Assembly: GCA_044225505.1 (NCBI GenBank) | Contig: JBGAIN010000052.1 | Coordinates: forward strand, 1-44,857 | Source: Limisphaerales bacterium | GTDB lineage: Bacteria; Verrucomicrobiota; Verrucomicrobiia; Limisphaerales; SIBE01 | Direction: 5' to 3' | Length of the DNA stretch: 44,857 nucleotides | Part shown: positions 30,746 to 41,452 of the stretch, one piece after another | Layout of the letters: each line of letters opens with the position of its first letter | Numbering within the stretch: position 1 is the stretch's first letter | Made by a program: the position numbers and the translations under genes | The notes under the pieces: generated by a model | The model's database searches: none | What the model saw: the letters and a program-made list of their open reading frames with translations, nothing else | What the model was told of the DNA's origin: nothing

Positions 30746-30775
30746 GGACTGATTTCAACGCATGGCGCTGCGAAA

Positions 30776-32308
30776 TCAACGAGAATTCTTGACCTCAGAA
30801 TCTCGAAGTGCGAACAGGCGTTTCATGGTGGCGACGTAAAGCACCCCGTTGGCGGCGGTGGCCGTCGCACTGATCGGATCGCCGAGATTGAGGCGGGTGA
30901 GCACCGACTTTGTCCGAGATGCTTTCCAAACCGTAAACTGACCGGCGCGCGTCCCGAGGAAGACCTTGCCATCGGCAACGAGGGGGGAAGCCCAGGCCTC
31001 GCCCTCAAGTTCGTCCGTCCAAAGCGCCTCGCCCGTCTGGGCATCAAGGCAATGAAAACGACGTCCGCAATCGGCAATGAATGCCAGCCCTTCATACAGG
31101 GCCGGTGTTGCAAGAACGTGCCGTTCGAGTGGATAGGACCAGACCTCGGCATTCGTCGCGTTGCCCGGATCAAGGCATTTCAACCACGCTTCATTCTTAC
31201 CCCAAAACACATCTCCCCCGCCCGCGACATAGATCTTTCCTTCTAGAAAGACCGGCATGCCGTACATGTTGCTTGGGCTTTCCCGGCGGTTGGTGTTGAA
31301 CCGATGCACGTTTTCCTTGGGCGCTTTGGGATCAAAATCGAACTGCCAAACCTTATGCAGAGTTCCGATCTCTCCCTGGGACAGAACCCCCGCTTTTCGA
31401 ATCGGCTCAAACCCATAAACGATGCCATTGCCGCCGCAAAAGAAGATCGTGTCACGCCCGTGGATTTGTCCGAGCGATGGGGCTGACCAGGTCGAGTGAA
31501 AGATGGTTGGGGCAATATGCTCTTGATCGCGGGCGAGTAGACGACCGGTAGCTTTGTCAAGAACGACGAGGCTGGGAGCGTCTGGAGTTCGGATGCGCTT
31601 GTGCGTATTGTCAACGCCCGTGCCGGTATTCAGGTAGAGATGATCGCCGTCGATCAAGATCGAGCTGTGCGCGGCGTCATGCGACCAGATCCCAGCGCCG
31701 CTCGTGAGATCAAACAGCCAGAGAATATCGGCATCGATTGTGCCTGGTTCCACCGGAGGCGCCCCGCGCAAGGCCATATGTTTCCCCTCGTCGCGGTAGG
31801 GACCGTCATTTCCATTCTGCAGTCCGTGCACATCCAGGCAGAGCACTTCGCCTCGGTTGCTGACAACGTAGACTCTGTCTCCTTCGACTGTGACCGGCGA
31901 GGAAATGCCGCTATTGGGCCAGTCATAGTAAGGATCATCCTCACGCTTGGGAACAACGAGTTGCCAGAGCAGGTGCCCGTCGGACTCAGCCAGGCACATC
32001 AGAACGCCACGGTCGCCTTGGTGTCGGACATCTCGAGGTTGGCCGTTATTGGTCCCGATGTAGATCCGCCCGCCCGCGATCACAGGTGTGGAATGGGCTT
32101 CAGTGCCCAGATCGATAGCCCATTGCACATTCTGACCTGTCTTGGGGTCGAATTTTCCAGGCAAGCCGGTTTCTGCGGAAACCATGTTGCGAGACCACGC
32201 TTGACCCCATTGTGGCTGGTCGCCAGCCCAGCAGGCTGGACTGAGAAGGGCGCTGATACACCACGCTCCGGCTAGAACAGTTGCCAGGGTTGAAGAAAGA
32301 TCAGTCAT
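30776..32308 (-). CDS. Secreted PQQ-like/BamB-like beta-propeller repeat protein
   Basis: Signal peptide, DQPQWG and repeated S(T/S)PV-x3-(G/D)-x-(I/V)Y blades with GxxLW. The start overlaps the NUDIX stop (ATGA). Confidence 0.88.
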   Translation of the reverse strand: MTDLSSTLATVLAGAWCISALLSPACWAGDQPQWGQAWSRNMVSAETGLPGKFDPKTGQNVQWAIDLGTEAHSTPVIAGGRIYIGTNNGQPRDVRHQGDRGVLMCLAESDGHLLWQLVVPKREDDPYYDWPNSGISSPVTVEGDRVYVVSNRGEVLCLDVHGLQNGNDGPYRDEGKHMALRGAPPVEPGTIDADILWLFDLTSGAGIWSHDAAHSSILIDGDHLYLNTGTGVDNTHKRIRTPDAPSLVVLDKATGRLLARDQEHIAPTIFHSTWSAPSLGQIHGRDTIFFCGGNGIVYGFEPIRKAGVLSQGEIGTLHKVWQFDFDPKAPKENVHRFNTNRRESPSNMYGMPVFLEGKIYVAGGGDVFWGKNEAWLKCLDPGNATNAEVWSYPLERHVLATPALYEGLAFIADCGRRFHCLDAQTGEALWTDELEGEAWASPLVADGKVFLGTRAGQFTVWKASRTKSVLTRLNLGDPISATATAANGVLYVATMKRLFALRDSEVKNSR

Positions 32309-32796
32309 AATGGGCTCATTTCGGCACGATTCTGCAGCAGTTTCAGAAGACGGTCGAGGAATGGAAGTTGCGCTTCCTTCAGCTTGATCCGTGCCTCGGA
32401 GAGGGGGAAAAACGCTACCCGATCCACTTCTGGAAACTGTTGCATGCGGCCGGATTTGGGCGGCCATTCCATGGTAAAAGAATTGCAGACGTGCCGGTGG
32501 GCATCGGTCCAGTCGCCGGCAAACGCCCAACCATGGACGACTTTTCCACCTTTTTGCCGGATCCAACCGAGAGGCAAGAAGGGGCCCTGGGCTTGCAGGC
32601 CGACTTCCTCTTCAAATTCGCGTTGGGCGGTCGCCAGGAGTTCTTCGTTGGGCTGCACTTCGCCCTTTGGGATTGTCCAATGACCCTGGTCCCGGTTGCG
32701 AAAGACCGGTCCGCCAGGATGGGCGAGGAACAATTCTAATTGTCCCGATTTGTAGCGATACATAAGTAACCCAGCACTGATTCGCTCACGGCTCAT
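32305..32796 (-). CDS. NUDIX hydrolase (COG4119-like)
   Basis: SAGLLMY, LAHPGGP, Nudix box PKGE-x4-E-x7-REFEEEVG and MEWPPKSG-x4-FPEVDR. Confidence 0.92.
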   Translation of the reverse strand: MSRERISAGLLMYRYKSGQLELFLAHPGGPVFRNRDQGHWTIPKGEVQPNEELLATAQREFEEEVGLQAQGPFLPLGWIRQKGGKVVHGWAFAGDWTDAHRHVCNSFTMEWPPKSGRMQQFPEVDRVAFFPLSEARIKLKEAQLPFLDRLLKLLQNRAEMSPL

Positions 32797-32996
32797 AAGG
32801 GAAGAAAAGTGATCGCCGACATGAATCCCGTTGAGTTGCCAAGGCGAGTCTGTTATAGCCCAAGCATTCGAGAATGTCGCTGCCTGCCGCACCACTCCGT
32901 TTTACCAGGCGTCTCCGTTGCGCGATCACAACTCTTTTGTCATTTACTTTTTCTTCTCCCGCAACCTTTTTCAATGACAGCCGCTGACTAACTCTT

Positions 32997-34442
32997 ATGG
33001 CCGAAGCCCCATTCTCCACCGCTGGGAACCAGCCCCGGTTGGATCGCCGGTTTGGACTATTGCCCGCGACGGCCTTGAACATGTCCAACATGATCGGGAT
33101 TGGTCCGTTTATTACCATCCCAGCGCTCATGTCGAGCATGGGAGGGGGGCCTCAGGCAATGATCGGTTGGTTCGTCGCGGTCTTGATTGTCATCCCGGAT
33201 GGATTGGTATGGAGCGAGTTAGGAGCCGCCATGCCAGGGTCAGGCGGGAGCTACGTTTATCTGAGGGAAGGGTTTGGACGGGAATCCTGGGGGCGACTGA
33301 TGGCGTTTCTTTTCATCTGGCAGTTCATCCTGAGCGGGCCGCTCGAGATCGCGTCAGGTTACATCGGGTTCACCCAATATGCGGGGTATCTCTGGCCGGA
33401 CTTGGCTCGACCTGTGTTAGGTTCCGTGACGGTAGGGCATTTGGCCACTCTCGGGGTTGGCTTGCTCAACATCGTTCTCCTCTACCGGCAGATCACAGCG
33501 ATCGGGCGCATTACCGTGGCGCTTTGGATTGGCGTGCTGATGACCGTGGCGGTCGTGGTCTTTACCGGAGTGATTCACTTTGACGCGAGGAAAGCGTTCG
33601 ATTTTCCACCGCACGCCTTTGACTTTTCGATCGGGTATATTTTCGGCATGGGCGCGGCGTCCCGGATTGGGATCTACGATTATCTCGGGTACTACGACGT
33701 TTGCTACATCGGCGACGAGGTCAAAGATCCAGGACGAGTGATTCCCCGGTCGATCATCTTAAGCATTTTGGGAGTCGCTCTCATCTACTTCTCGATCAAT
33801 CTTTCGATTGTCGGCGTGGTTCCATGGCGTGAATTTGTTCCAGCAGAAGGCAACAGCAACGCGAATTTCATCGTTTCCATCTTTATGGAGAAGATTTACG
33901 GCTCGCGCGTGGCGGCCGTTTTCACCGCGATGGTCCTTTGGACCGCGTTTGGGTCTTGCTTTGCGCTGCTTTTGGGATACTCACGCATCCCTTACGCCGC
34001 GGCGCAGGATGGTTGTTTTTTTAAGATTTTTGGCCGGTTACATCCGCGTAAACGCTTTCCTCATGTTTCGTTGGTGGTCATTGGGTTCATCGCGAGTGCT
34101 TGCAGCTTCTTGCCTTTGCTGACGGTTATCGACGCTCTCCTGACCACGCGCATTCTGGTGCAGTTTGTCGGCCAGATCCTGGCGGTCACGCTCCTTCGCC
34201 GGCGACACCCAGAGCGGCCTTCGCCCTTCCGGATGTGGCTATATCCGCTACCAAGCCTGGTGGCGTTGGCCGGTTGGATATTCGTGTTCTCGACGACGCC
34301 GCGGAATCTGATTGCCTTCGGTTTGGGGACTCTGGCCGCCGGGATTGTTTTCTTCCTGGTCTGGTCGGCCTACACGCGCCGATGGCCGTTCGCTGGAACG
34401 ACCCCGGGCGAAGCGAGTTCAAGTCCTGCGCCGTTTAATTGA
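32997..34442 (+). CDS. APC family amino acid permease
   Basis: About 12 hydrophobic segments; MIGIGPF, ELGAAMPGSGGSYVYL, EVKDPGRVIPRSI and SRIPYAAAQDG. Confidence 0.93.
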   Translation: MAEAPFSTAGNQPRLDRRFGLLPATALNMSNMIGIGPFITIPALMSSMGGGPQAMIGWFVAVLIVIPDGLVWSELGAAMPGSGGSYVYLREGFGRESWGRLMAFLFIWQFILSGPLEIASGYIGFTQYAGYLWPDLARPVLGSVTVGHLATLGVGLLNIVLLYRQITAIGRITVALWIGVLMTVAVVVFTGVIHFDARKAFDFPPHAFDFSIGYIFGMGAASRIGIYDYLGYYDVCYIGDEVKDPGRVIPRSIILSILGVALIYFSINLSIVGVVPWREFVPAEGNSNANFIVSIFMEKIYGSRVAAVFTAMVLWTAFGSCFALLLGYSRIPYAAAQDGCFFKIFGRLHPRKRFPHVSLVVIGFIASACSFLPLLTVIDALLTTRILVQFVGQILAVTLLRRRHPERPSPFRMWLYPLPSLVALAGWIFVFSTTPRNLIAFGLGTLAAGIVFFLVWSAYTRRWPFAGTTPGEASSSPAPFN

Positions 34443-37215
34443 GAGCGTCGAGAGAGGCTTTAACTTGCTGCAGCTTGCTCTGCCAATCAGCCAGGCGCTT
34501 TTGATGGTCCTGCAGAACGGCTGGCGGAACCTTCTCAACGAAACTCGGATTCGCCAGTTTCTGTTGCACTTTCTCGATTTCCGCCGCGATGCGGACGACT
34601 TCCTTCGTCAGGCGCGATTTTTCCGCGGCGACATCGACAATCCCTTCCGTCGGCATGTAAAGGTCGCCCAAAGTTGAATGGACCAGGGGCGTCCCTTTTT
34701 TCGCTTCGTACCGCTCGGTGATCTCAACGGCTTCCGCGTTTAGCAGCACCCGCAAGACTTCGATTTCGTAGGCCGGGAAAGGTGGGGTCGCTGGGACCAG
34801 GTAGAACTTCACCTTTTTGCCCGACGGAATGCCCGCCTCGCGGCGTAGATTGCGCGCCTGAGTGACCAGGTCATACTTGGCGGTGACAAAGCGTTCGTCG
34901 CTTTCGTCCAGCCCATAGTGTTCGCGAAAGGCCGTGTCAAACGGCTTGGGCCAGTGGGCAAACATGATGGAGTCGCCGCCTTGTCCCTCGGGTAAGTCGC
35001 TGGCAAAACCAAGACCTTGCCATAGCTCCTCGGTAATAAACGGGATGAACGGGTGGAACAAACGCAGCGTGTTTGACAAAATGAAGTCCGTCACGGCCAG
35101 AGTATTGGCCTTAAGTTCTGGATTGGCACTGGGCGAGACGGCTTTACTCGCCTCGAGATACCAGTCGCAAAACTCGCTCCAGAAGAAGCGGTAAAGAGCT
35201 TGCGTCGCTTCGTTGAACCGGTAGTTGTCCAACGCGTTACTGATCTCGCGAATCGCCGCATCCAAGCGCAGCAGGATCCATTTATCGTCGCTGGTCAATA
35301 ATCGCGGATCAATCTCCGCCTCGGATTCGCCGCCTTGCATCTGCCGGAAGCGGCAGGCATTCCAAAGTTTGTTGCAGAAGTTCCGACCCAGCTCGACGTC
35401 CTTCTCGTCGAAAAGCACATCCTGGCCGAGCGGGGCGCTACGCATGGTCCCGAACCGCAGCGCATCGGCACTGTAGCTGGCGATCAGCTCCAAGGGGTCG
35501 GGAGAGTTTCCTAAGGTCTTGGACATCTTCCGCCCAAGCTTATCGCGAATGATTCCGGTATAGTAAACGTTGCGGAAAGGGAGGTCTCCCATGAACTCAT
35601 AGCCAGCCATGATCATGCGCGCGACCCAAAAGAAGATAATGTCCGGTCCGGTCACAAGGTCTGTTGTCGGATAGAACGCGTGCAACGTGGGAGATCCTTC
35701 CGGCCATCCCATAGTGGCAAATGGCCAGAGCCACGAACTGAACCAGGTGTCGAGCACATCGGTGTCCTGTTCCCAATTCTCGGGATCCGCCGGGGGAGTG
35801 ACGCTGCAATGGATTGCGGCGGACCCTTCCGAACTCGAGCTTCCTTTGCGATACCACACCGGAATACGATGTCCCCACCAGAGCTGGCGGCTGATGCACC
35901 AATCCTGGATGTTCTCCATCCAATGGTCATAGACTTTGGCCCAACGCTGCGGATGAAAACGCATGCGCGACATGCTTGGGCTTGACGATCTTGTCCCATG
36001 TCCATTCTGGGACGCGGGCACGGCGCTATCTGGCAGCGCTGCCTCGGGGGATTCCTGTTCCACGCACGAACGAGCGGCGGGGACGCTCGGGTATTTTAAG
36101 AACCACTGTTCGCTCAGACGAGGTTCGATCGGCACGTTAGCGCGCTGGCTGTACCCAACCTTGTTCTCGTAAGGTTCTTCTTTGACCAACGCTCCGGCCG
36201 CTTTAAGTTGGTCGACCGCGACCTGCCGGGCCTTGAAGCGATCCAGACCGCGAAGTTCGCGACCGGCGAGTTCGTTCATTCTCCCGTTGGGTTGCATGAC
36301 ATCAATGGCGCGCAACCCATGCCGTTGGCCAATTTCGAAATCGGCTTTGTCATGGGCTGGCGTGACCTTGAGCACGCCAGTTCCAAATTCCGGATCGATA
36401 TGGTCGTCCGCAACGATGGGAATGAGACGCTCGTCGCGGGGCAATTCCGGTGGCAATGGCCGAATCGCATGGCGTCCTATGAGATTGGCATAACGCGGAT
36501 CTTTTGGGTTCACTGCGATGCCGGTATCTCCAGGAATCGTTTCCGGACGGGTGGTGGCTATGGTCAGAAATCGCCCGGGCTCTTCCGCAATCTCCACTTG
36601 GAAATAGTAGAGAGCGCCTTTCTGCGGAATCATGTCGACTTCTTCGTCCGAGAGCGCGGTGAGTGTGGCGGGACACCAGTTGACCATGCGCTTTCCGCGA
36701 TAGATCAGCCCTTTGTGATAAAGGTCGACAAAAACCTTCTGCACGCACCGGGAATACTCGGGATCCATCGTGAAACGCTCGCGCGACCAGTCGCAAGAGC
36801 ATCCAAGCTTCTTCAACTGTTGGATGATGATGCCGCCATGCTTTTCCTTCCATTGCCAGACTCGTTCCAGGAACTTCTCGCGCCCAAGGTCGTATTTGCT
36901 CAGCTTCTGTTTCGCGAGGTCCTTTTCCACCATGACTTGCGTGGCAATCCCTGCGTGGTCGGTCCCTGGCAGCCAAAGGACCTCCTTGCCATCCATACGC
37001 GCCTTGCGCGACAAGACATCCTGAATGGTGTTATTCAGCACATGCCCCATGTGGAGCATCCCCGTCACGTTGGGTGGGGGAATGACGATCGCGTAAGCCG
37101 GTCGGGAAGGAGAAACACGTCCCGGGTTCGCCACGAAGAACTGGCGTTCGAGCCAGTAGGCGTACCATTTGCCTTCGACATGTTGAGGTTCGTAGACTTT
37201 GGAGATCTCGGCCAT
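34435..37215 (-). CDS. valS: Valine--tRNA ligase
   Basis: PPPNVTGMLHMGH, GTDHAGIATQ, ATTRPET, DWCISRQLWWGHRIP, KMSKT and a C-terminal coiled-coil arm. Confidence 0.98.
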   Translation of the reverse strand: MAEISKVYEPQHVEGKWYAYWLERQFFVANPGRVSPSRPAYAIVIPPPNVTGMLHMGHVLNNTIQDVLSRKARMDGKEVLWLPGTDHAGIATQVMVEKDLAKQKLSKYDLGREKFLERVWQWKEKHGGIIIQQLKKLGCSCDWSRERFTMDPEYSRCVQKVFVDLYHKGLIYRGKRMVNWCPATLTALSDEEVDMIPQKGALYYFQVEIAEEPGRFLTIATTRPETIPGDTGIAVNPKDPRYANLIGRHAIRPLPPELPRDERLIPIVADDHIDPEFGTGVLKVTPAHDKADFEIGQRHGLRAIDVMQPNGRMNELAGRELRGLDRFKARQVAVDQLKAAGALVKEEPYENKVGYSQRANVPIEPRLSEQWFLKYPSVPAARSCVEQESPEAALPDSAVPASQNGHGTRSSSPSMSRMRFHPQRWAKVYDHWMENIQDWCISRQLWWGHRIPVWYRKGSSSSEGSAAIHCSVTPPADPENWEQDTDVLDTWFSSWLWPFATMGWPEGSPTLHAFYPTTDLVTGPDIIFFWVARMIMAGYEFMGDLPFRNVYYTGIIRDKLGRKMSKTLGNSPDPLELIASYSADALRFGTMRSAPLGQDVLFDEKDVELGRNFCNKLWNACRFRQMQGGESEAEIDPRLLTSDDKWILLRLDAAIREISNALDNYRFNEATQALYRFFWSEFCDWYLEASKAVSPSANPELKANTLAVTDFILSNTLRLFHPFIPFITEELWQGLGFASDLPEGQGGDSIMFAHWPKPFDTAFREHYGLDESDERFVTAKYDLVTQARNLRREAGIPSGKKVKFYLVPATPPFPAYEIEVLRVLLNAEAVEITERYEAKKGTPLVHSTLGDLYMPTEGIVDVAAEKSRLTKEVVRIAAEIEKVQQKLANPSFVEKVPPAVLQDHQKRLADWQSKLQQVKASLDALN

Positions 37216-37272
37216 GATTTCGAATTGCTAAGGGTGACTTGCCGCGCGTTGAGCTCGACCGCCTAAGCAGCA

Positions 37273-38842
37273 TCATTTCTTCGTCAACGCGTACTCAACG
37301 CTATCGACGAGAGCTTGAAGACTCGCTTCGATGATATTCTCACTCACTCCCACCGTGCCCCACTCCTGCTTGCCGTCCGTCGTTTCGATTAAGACCCGGG
37401 TTTTCGACGCCGTCCCGGTGGCTGAATCGAGGATGCGCACTTTGTAGTCTGTCAGACGAACTTGTTCGAGTTGCGGGTAAAACTTGATCAACGCGGCGCG
37501 CAATGCGGAATCCAGGGCGTTCACAGGGCCGTCCCCCTCCGCCACCATATGCGCTCGCTTTTCGCCCACGCGAACTTTGATGGTGGCCTCACACACCGAC
37601 GCGGTGGTGTCGCGGCGCATCGAGACGTGGTAAGCGTCAACCCGGAAGAGGGCATCCTCGTGTTTGAGCGTTTTGCGAATGAGGAGCGCCAACGACGCTT
37701 CCGCCGCCTCGAACTCCCAACCTTCATGCTCAAGCTCTTTCACCCGAGCGAGAATGTTTTTGACCTCAGGGGTTTCGCTGTCGATCTTGAATCCCAGTTC
37801 CTGAGCTTTCATCAGAATGTTGCTGCGACCTGCCAGATCGCTGATGAGAACGCGGCGGGTATTGCCGACGAGCGCAGGATCAATATGTTCGTAGCTGCGG
37901 ATGACTTTTTGCACGGCGTTGACGTGGGTGCCTCCCTTATGGGCAAACGCCGCCGAGCCGACCCATGGCTGACGCGGGTCGTGTCGGATATTCGCGATTT
38001 CATCGACGAACTGGGATACTTCTTTCAGTTTGGCAATGGCCTCTTTAGGCAAACATTTTTTCCCCATTTTCAACGCCAGACTGGGAATGACGCTCGTCAA
38101 GTTGCAGTTGCCGGTACGTTCGCCGTAACCGTTGATCGTACCTTGCACCTGGATCGCCCCGGCTTCCACGGCCACCAGAGCATTCGCAACCCCAAGCCCA
38201 ATGTCATTGTGAGTGTGAATCCCGATCTTCCCGTGGAGGCGAGCGCCGGCGGCTGCCACGATCTGACGGACTTCGCTCGGGAGTCGGCCGCCGTTGGTGT
38301 CGCAGAGCACGACAAGGTCCGCGCCACCTTGCTCCGCGGCCTCGAACGTCGAAAGCGCGTAGCNNNNNNNNNNNNNNNNNNNNNNNNNNNNNGTCGAAGG
38401 CGTGTTCGGCGTCGTAGATGACGTAGCGCCCCTGCGATTTCAGGAATTGCACCGTATCGCGAATCATGGCCAGATTCTCCTCCGGCGTGGTGCTCAGCAC
38501 TTCCGTCACGTGGAGCATCCAGCTCTTTCCGTAGATTGTGATGACCGGGGTTTCCGCTTCCAGGAGTAGTCGCACCTGTTCGTCCCGTTCCACGGCCACG
38601 TTCTTGCGCCGTGTCGATCCAAACGCCGCGAGACGGGCGTTTTTCCAGGAGCGCCGCTTGGCTTGGGCAAAAAATTCAATATCTTTCGGATTGGATCCCG
38701 GCCAACCGCCTTCAATGTAATGGACCCCAAAGCTGTCGAGTTTCTCGGCAATGCGGAGTTTGTCCGCCACCGAGAAATTGATGCCTTCGCCCTGACTTCC
38801 GTCCCGCAGGGTCGTATCGTAGAGTTCCACTTCAGGTTTCAT
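37273..38842 (-). CDS. cimA: Citramalate synthase (one gene interrupted by an assembly gap at 38364-38392)
   Basis: [53 protein letters not shown] and the regulatory-domain motif GDGPVNALD. The frame break coincides with the N run. Confidence 0.93.
38364..38392. other. Scaffold gap (29 N)
   Basis: Run of n characters. The true length must be 1 mod 3 to keep cimA in frame. Confidence 0.99.
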
Positions 38843-39080
38843 GACACAGATTCCGTCAACCGGAAACGCGACTACTACGCTAACTGAGGCTGGTTGCAAA
38901 GTCCAAACCGCGTCCGTCCCAGGGGCTGCCAAGGGTGCTCCCGAATGGATTTGGGTGGCGTTTTCCAGCCGTTGCAGAGGGCGAACCTTGCGTTTAGGTT
39001 GAGGCCGCGCCGCGGCTTGAGAGGTTTGGAAACTGGCGCAACTGCGGCACGGGGTAGGTGTTTAGTTGTCTAAAATAGTA

Positions 39081-40070
39081 ATGAAAAGCACGATGATCAC
39101 TCCTGGCCAGAGTCGCGGGCCGACGTTGAGGCCCCCTCTTGGGCCCCAGGAGACCTATCGCGTTCTTTTGGCGAACATTGAGCGCGTCATCCGGGGACAA
39201 CGCGTCGGGCTGCGTCAATTGTTGGCAGCCTTTACCAGTGGCGGGCATGTCCTGCTGGACGATTTCCCAGGGACCGGGAAGACCACCCTGGCGAAGGCGC
39301 TGGCGAAATCGATCGATGCCACCTTTCGGCGCGTCCAGTTCACCCCCGATTTGCTGCCTTCCGATATTTTGGGGGTTTCCATCTACAACCAGCGTGATCA
39401 ATCGTTCGAGTATCATGAGGGGCCGGTCTTCACGAATATTCTCTTGGCCGATGAAATCAATCGGGCTTCACCTCGCACTCAGTCTGCGTTGTTGGAGGCG
39501 ATGGCTGAAGGGCAGGTGACCGTGGATGGGAAACGCCGCCAGCTCCCGGACTTATTCTTCGTGATTGCGACGCAGAACCCGGTGGAGTTTCGGGGTACCT
39601 ATCCGTTGCCTGAGGCGCAGATGGACCGTTTTGCGATGCAATTTGCCTTAGGCTATGTTTCCGCCGAAGAAGAAGTCGCCATTCTCACGTCGCACGCGGA
39701 TCTGCCTCCTGTGGAATCAATCACCAGCGTTATCTCCACCGAGGAATTGCTGGCTCTCCGCGAAGCGACGAAAGAAGTGCAAGTGAGCGAAGAGCTGAAA
39801 CGGTACATCGTGGATTTAACAAGCGGAACGCGGCATGCAACGGGCGTCCAGCTCGGCGCTAGCCCGCGGGCATCTCTGGCACTGATGAAGGCGGCGCAGG
39901 CCGCGGCCTTGTTCGACGGCAGCGATTTTGTGACGCCGGAACACATTCACGAAATGGCTGTGCCCGTCATCGCGCATCGTCTGGGGCTTGAGCCGCAAGC
40001 GAGGTTCTCCGGGGCGACAGCGGCTGGAATCGTTCGCGACATTTTGAAGACGGTGCCGGTTCCGATGTGA
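39081..40070 (+). CDS. moxR: MoxR family AAA+ ATPase
   Basis: Walker A FPGTGKT, RVQFTPDLLPSDI, Walker B LLADEINRA, ATQNP and YPLPEAQMDRF. Confidence 0.95.
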   Translation: MKSTMITPGQSRGPTLRPPLGPQETYRVLLANIERVIRGQRVGLRQLLAAFTSGGHVLLDDFPGTGKTTLAKALAKSIDATFRRVQFTPDLLPSDILGVSIYNQRDQSFEYHEGPVFTNILLADEINRASPRTQSALLEAMAEGQVTVDGKRRQLPDLFFVIATQNPVEFRGTYPLPEAQMDRFAMQFALGYVSAEEEVAILTSHADLPPVESITSVISTEELLALREATKEVQVSEELKRYIVDLTSGTRHATGVQLGASPRASLALMKAAQAAALFDGSDFVTPEHIHEMAVPVIAHRLGLEPQARFSGATAAGIVRDILKTVPVPM

Positions 40071-40104
40071 TCGGCCCCGAATGTCGGAGTGCGGTTTGTT
40101 GACC

Positions 40105-41452
40105 ATGTTGCGGCTTAGTTATCGACTTTATCTCCTTGCCACCGGGTTGCATGCCCGCATTCCTCGGCGTTTGACGAAAAGCGGGCTGCTTATGGCTTCG
40201 ACCATGGTGCTGGTCGGTGCTATTGGCAGTGACATCGATCAATCGATGGCGTTTCAGGCGTTCGCCCTTTTGCTGTGTCTTTTGCTTGTGGCGTGGATCT
40301 GGGTGCCGTTCTTTCGGGGCCGCTTCGCGGCAGAACGGGGTTTACCTCGCTTGGCAACGGTCGAGCAGCCATTTCGTTACCGGATCCATGTCCGGAACCT
40401 CTCCGGTCGTCCGTGGCGGGGGTTGGAAATTCTCGAAGACTTTGCCGACGCTCGACCGAGCTTCGATGAATTTGCGCGTGCCATGCGTCCAGTTGGGCGG
40501 ATGCGGGCCTTTCGGCTCGCGGCCCCGTCACGACCACAATTAGAGCCTCGGGCCGCCGTATCGACGCCTGCGACGCTACCAGCGCTGCTGCCACATCGTG
40601 AGGTAGATGCCCAGGTTGAAGTCATCCCGCTGCGCCGCGGCCCGCTGCGATTGACGGGGGTGACGGTGGCCCGGTGCGATCCACTAGGTTTGGTCCGTTC
40701 CTTTATCCGAGTCCGAATCCCGCAAACCGTATTGGTGTTGCCAAAGCGGTATCGAATTCCGGCTTTAGCAAACCCGGGAACGCAGCATTATCAGCCTGGT
40801 GGGGTAGCGATGGCTTCCGCGATCCGGAAGGTCCAGGGTTACCGTACTACGCGACTATCGGCCAGGCGATGCGCTCCGACGGATCCATTGGCGAAGTTGG
40901 GCCCGGGCGGGACGCCCGATCGTTAAAGAGTTCCAGGATGAAAACATTGTCCGGCAGGGCCTGGTCCTCGATACTTTTGCCAAAGGGACCGAGGCACTTA
41001 ACGCCTTTGAAGAGGCGGTGTCCGTGGCAGCCTCGTTCGCGTGCACACTCGAGACGCAGGAGTCACTCCTCGACTTGCTCTTTGTCGAAAGCCGGGCTTT
41101 CTGCTTCACGACGGGCCGCGGTCTGGGCTATTCCCAGCAAGTCCTAGAAGTGCTTGCCTCCGTTCAGCCCAATCAAACTGGGGCTTTCGAGATGTTGAGT
41201 ACGCTCGTCCTGCAACATGCAAACGTTCTGGCGGCGTGCACTTGCGTTTTTGTTGACTGGGACAAAGCCAGACAAGATTTGGTCCGGCAATTGACCGCAG
41301 CGGGTCTATTCGTTCGGCCGCTCCTGGTGGTGAACGAGGCGCGGGAGCGCAAGCTGAGTCAGCAGTTTCCCGACCTGGCCAGGGAGGTCTGCATTCTAAC
41401 CCCAGGCCAGATCGAAAAGGGACTGCTTTCCTTGGAAAGGAGAGGGCCATGA
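40105..41452 (+). CDS. DUF58 domain membrane protein; apparent frameshift near 40825-40845
   Basis: The N-terminal ORF has TM helices and RRG..DPLGL. The alternate frame from ~40846 reads LRDYRPGDALRRIHWRSWARAGRPIVKEFQDE..LVLDT..FEEAVSVAAS and runs to 41452. Confidence 0.88.

Noticed and set aside
38204..38421. Apparent split of cimA into two ORFs
   Set aside because: Artefact of the estimated length of the N gap; not a pseudogene or intron.
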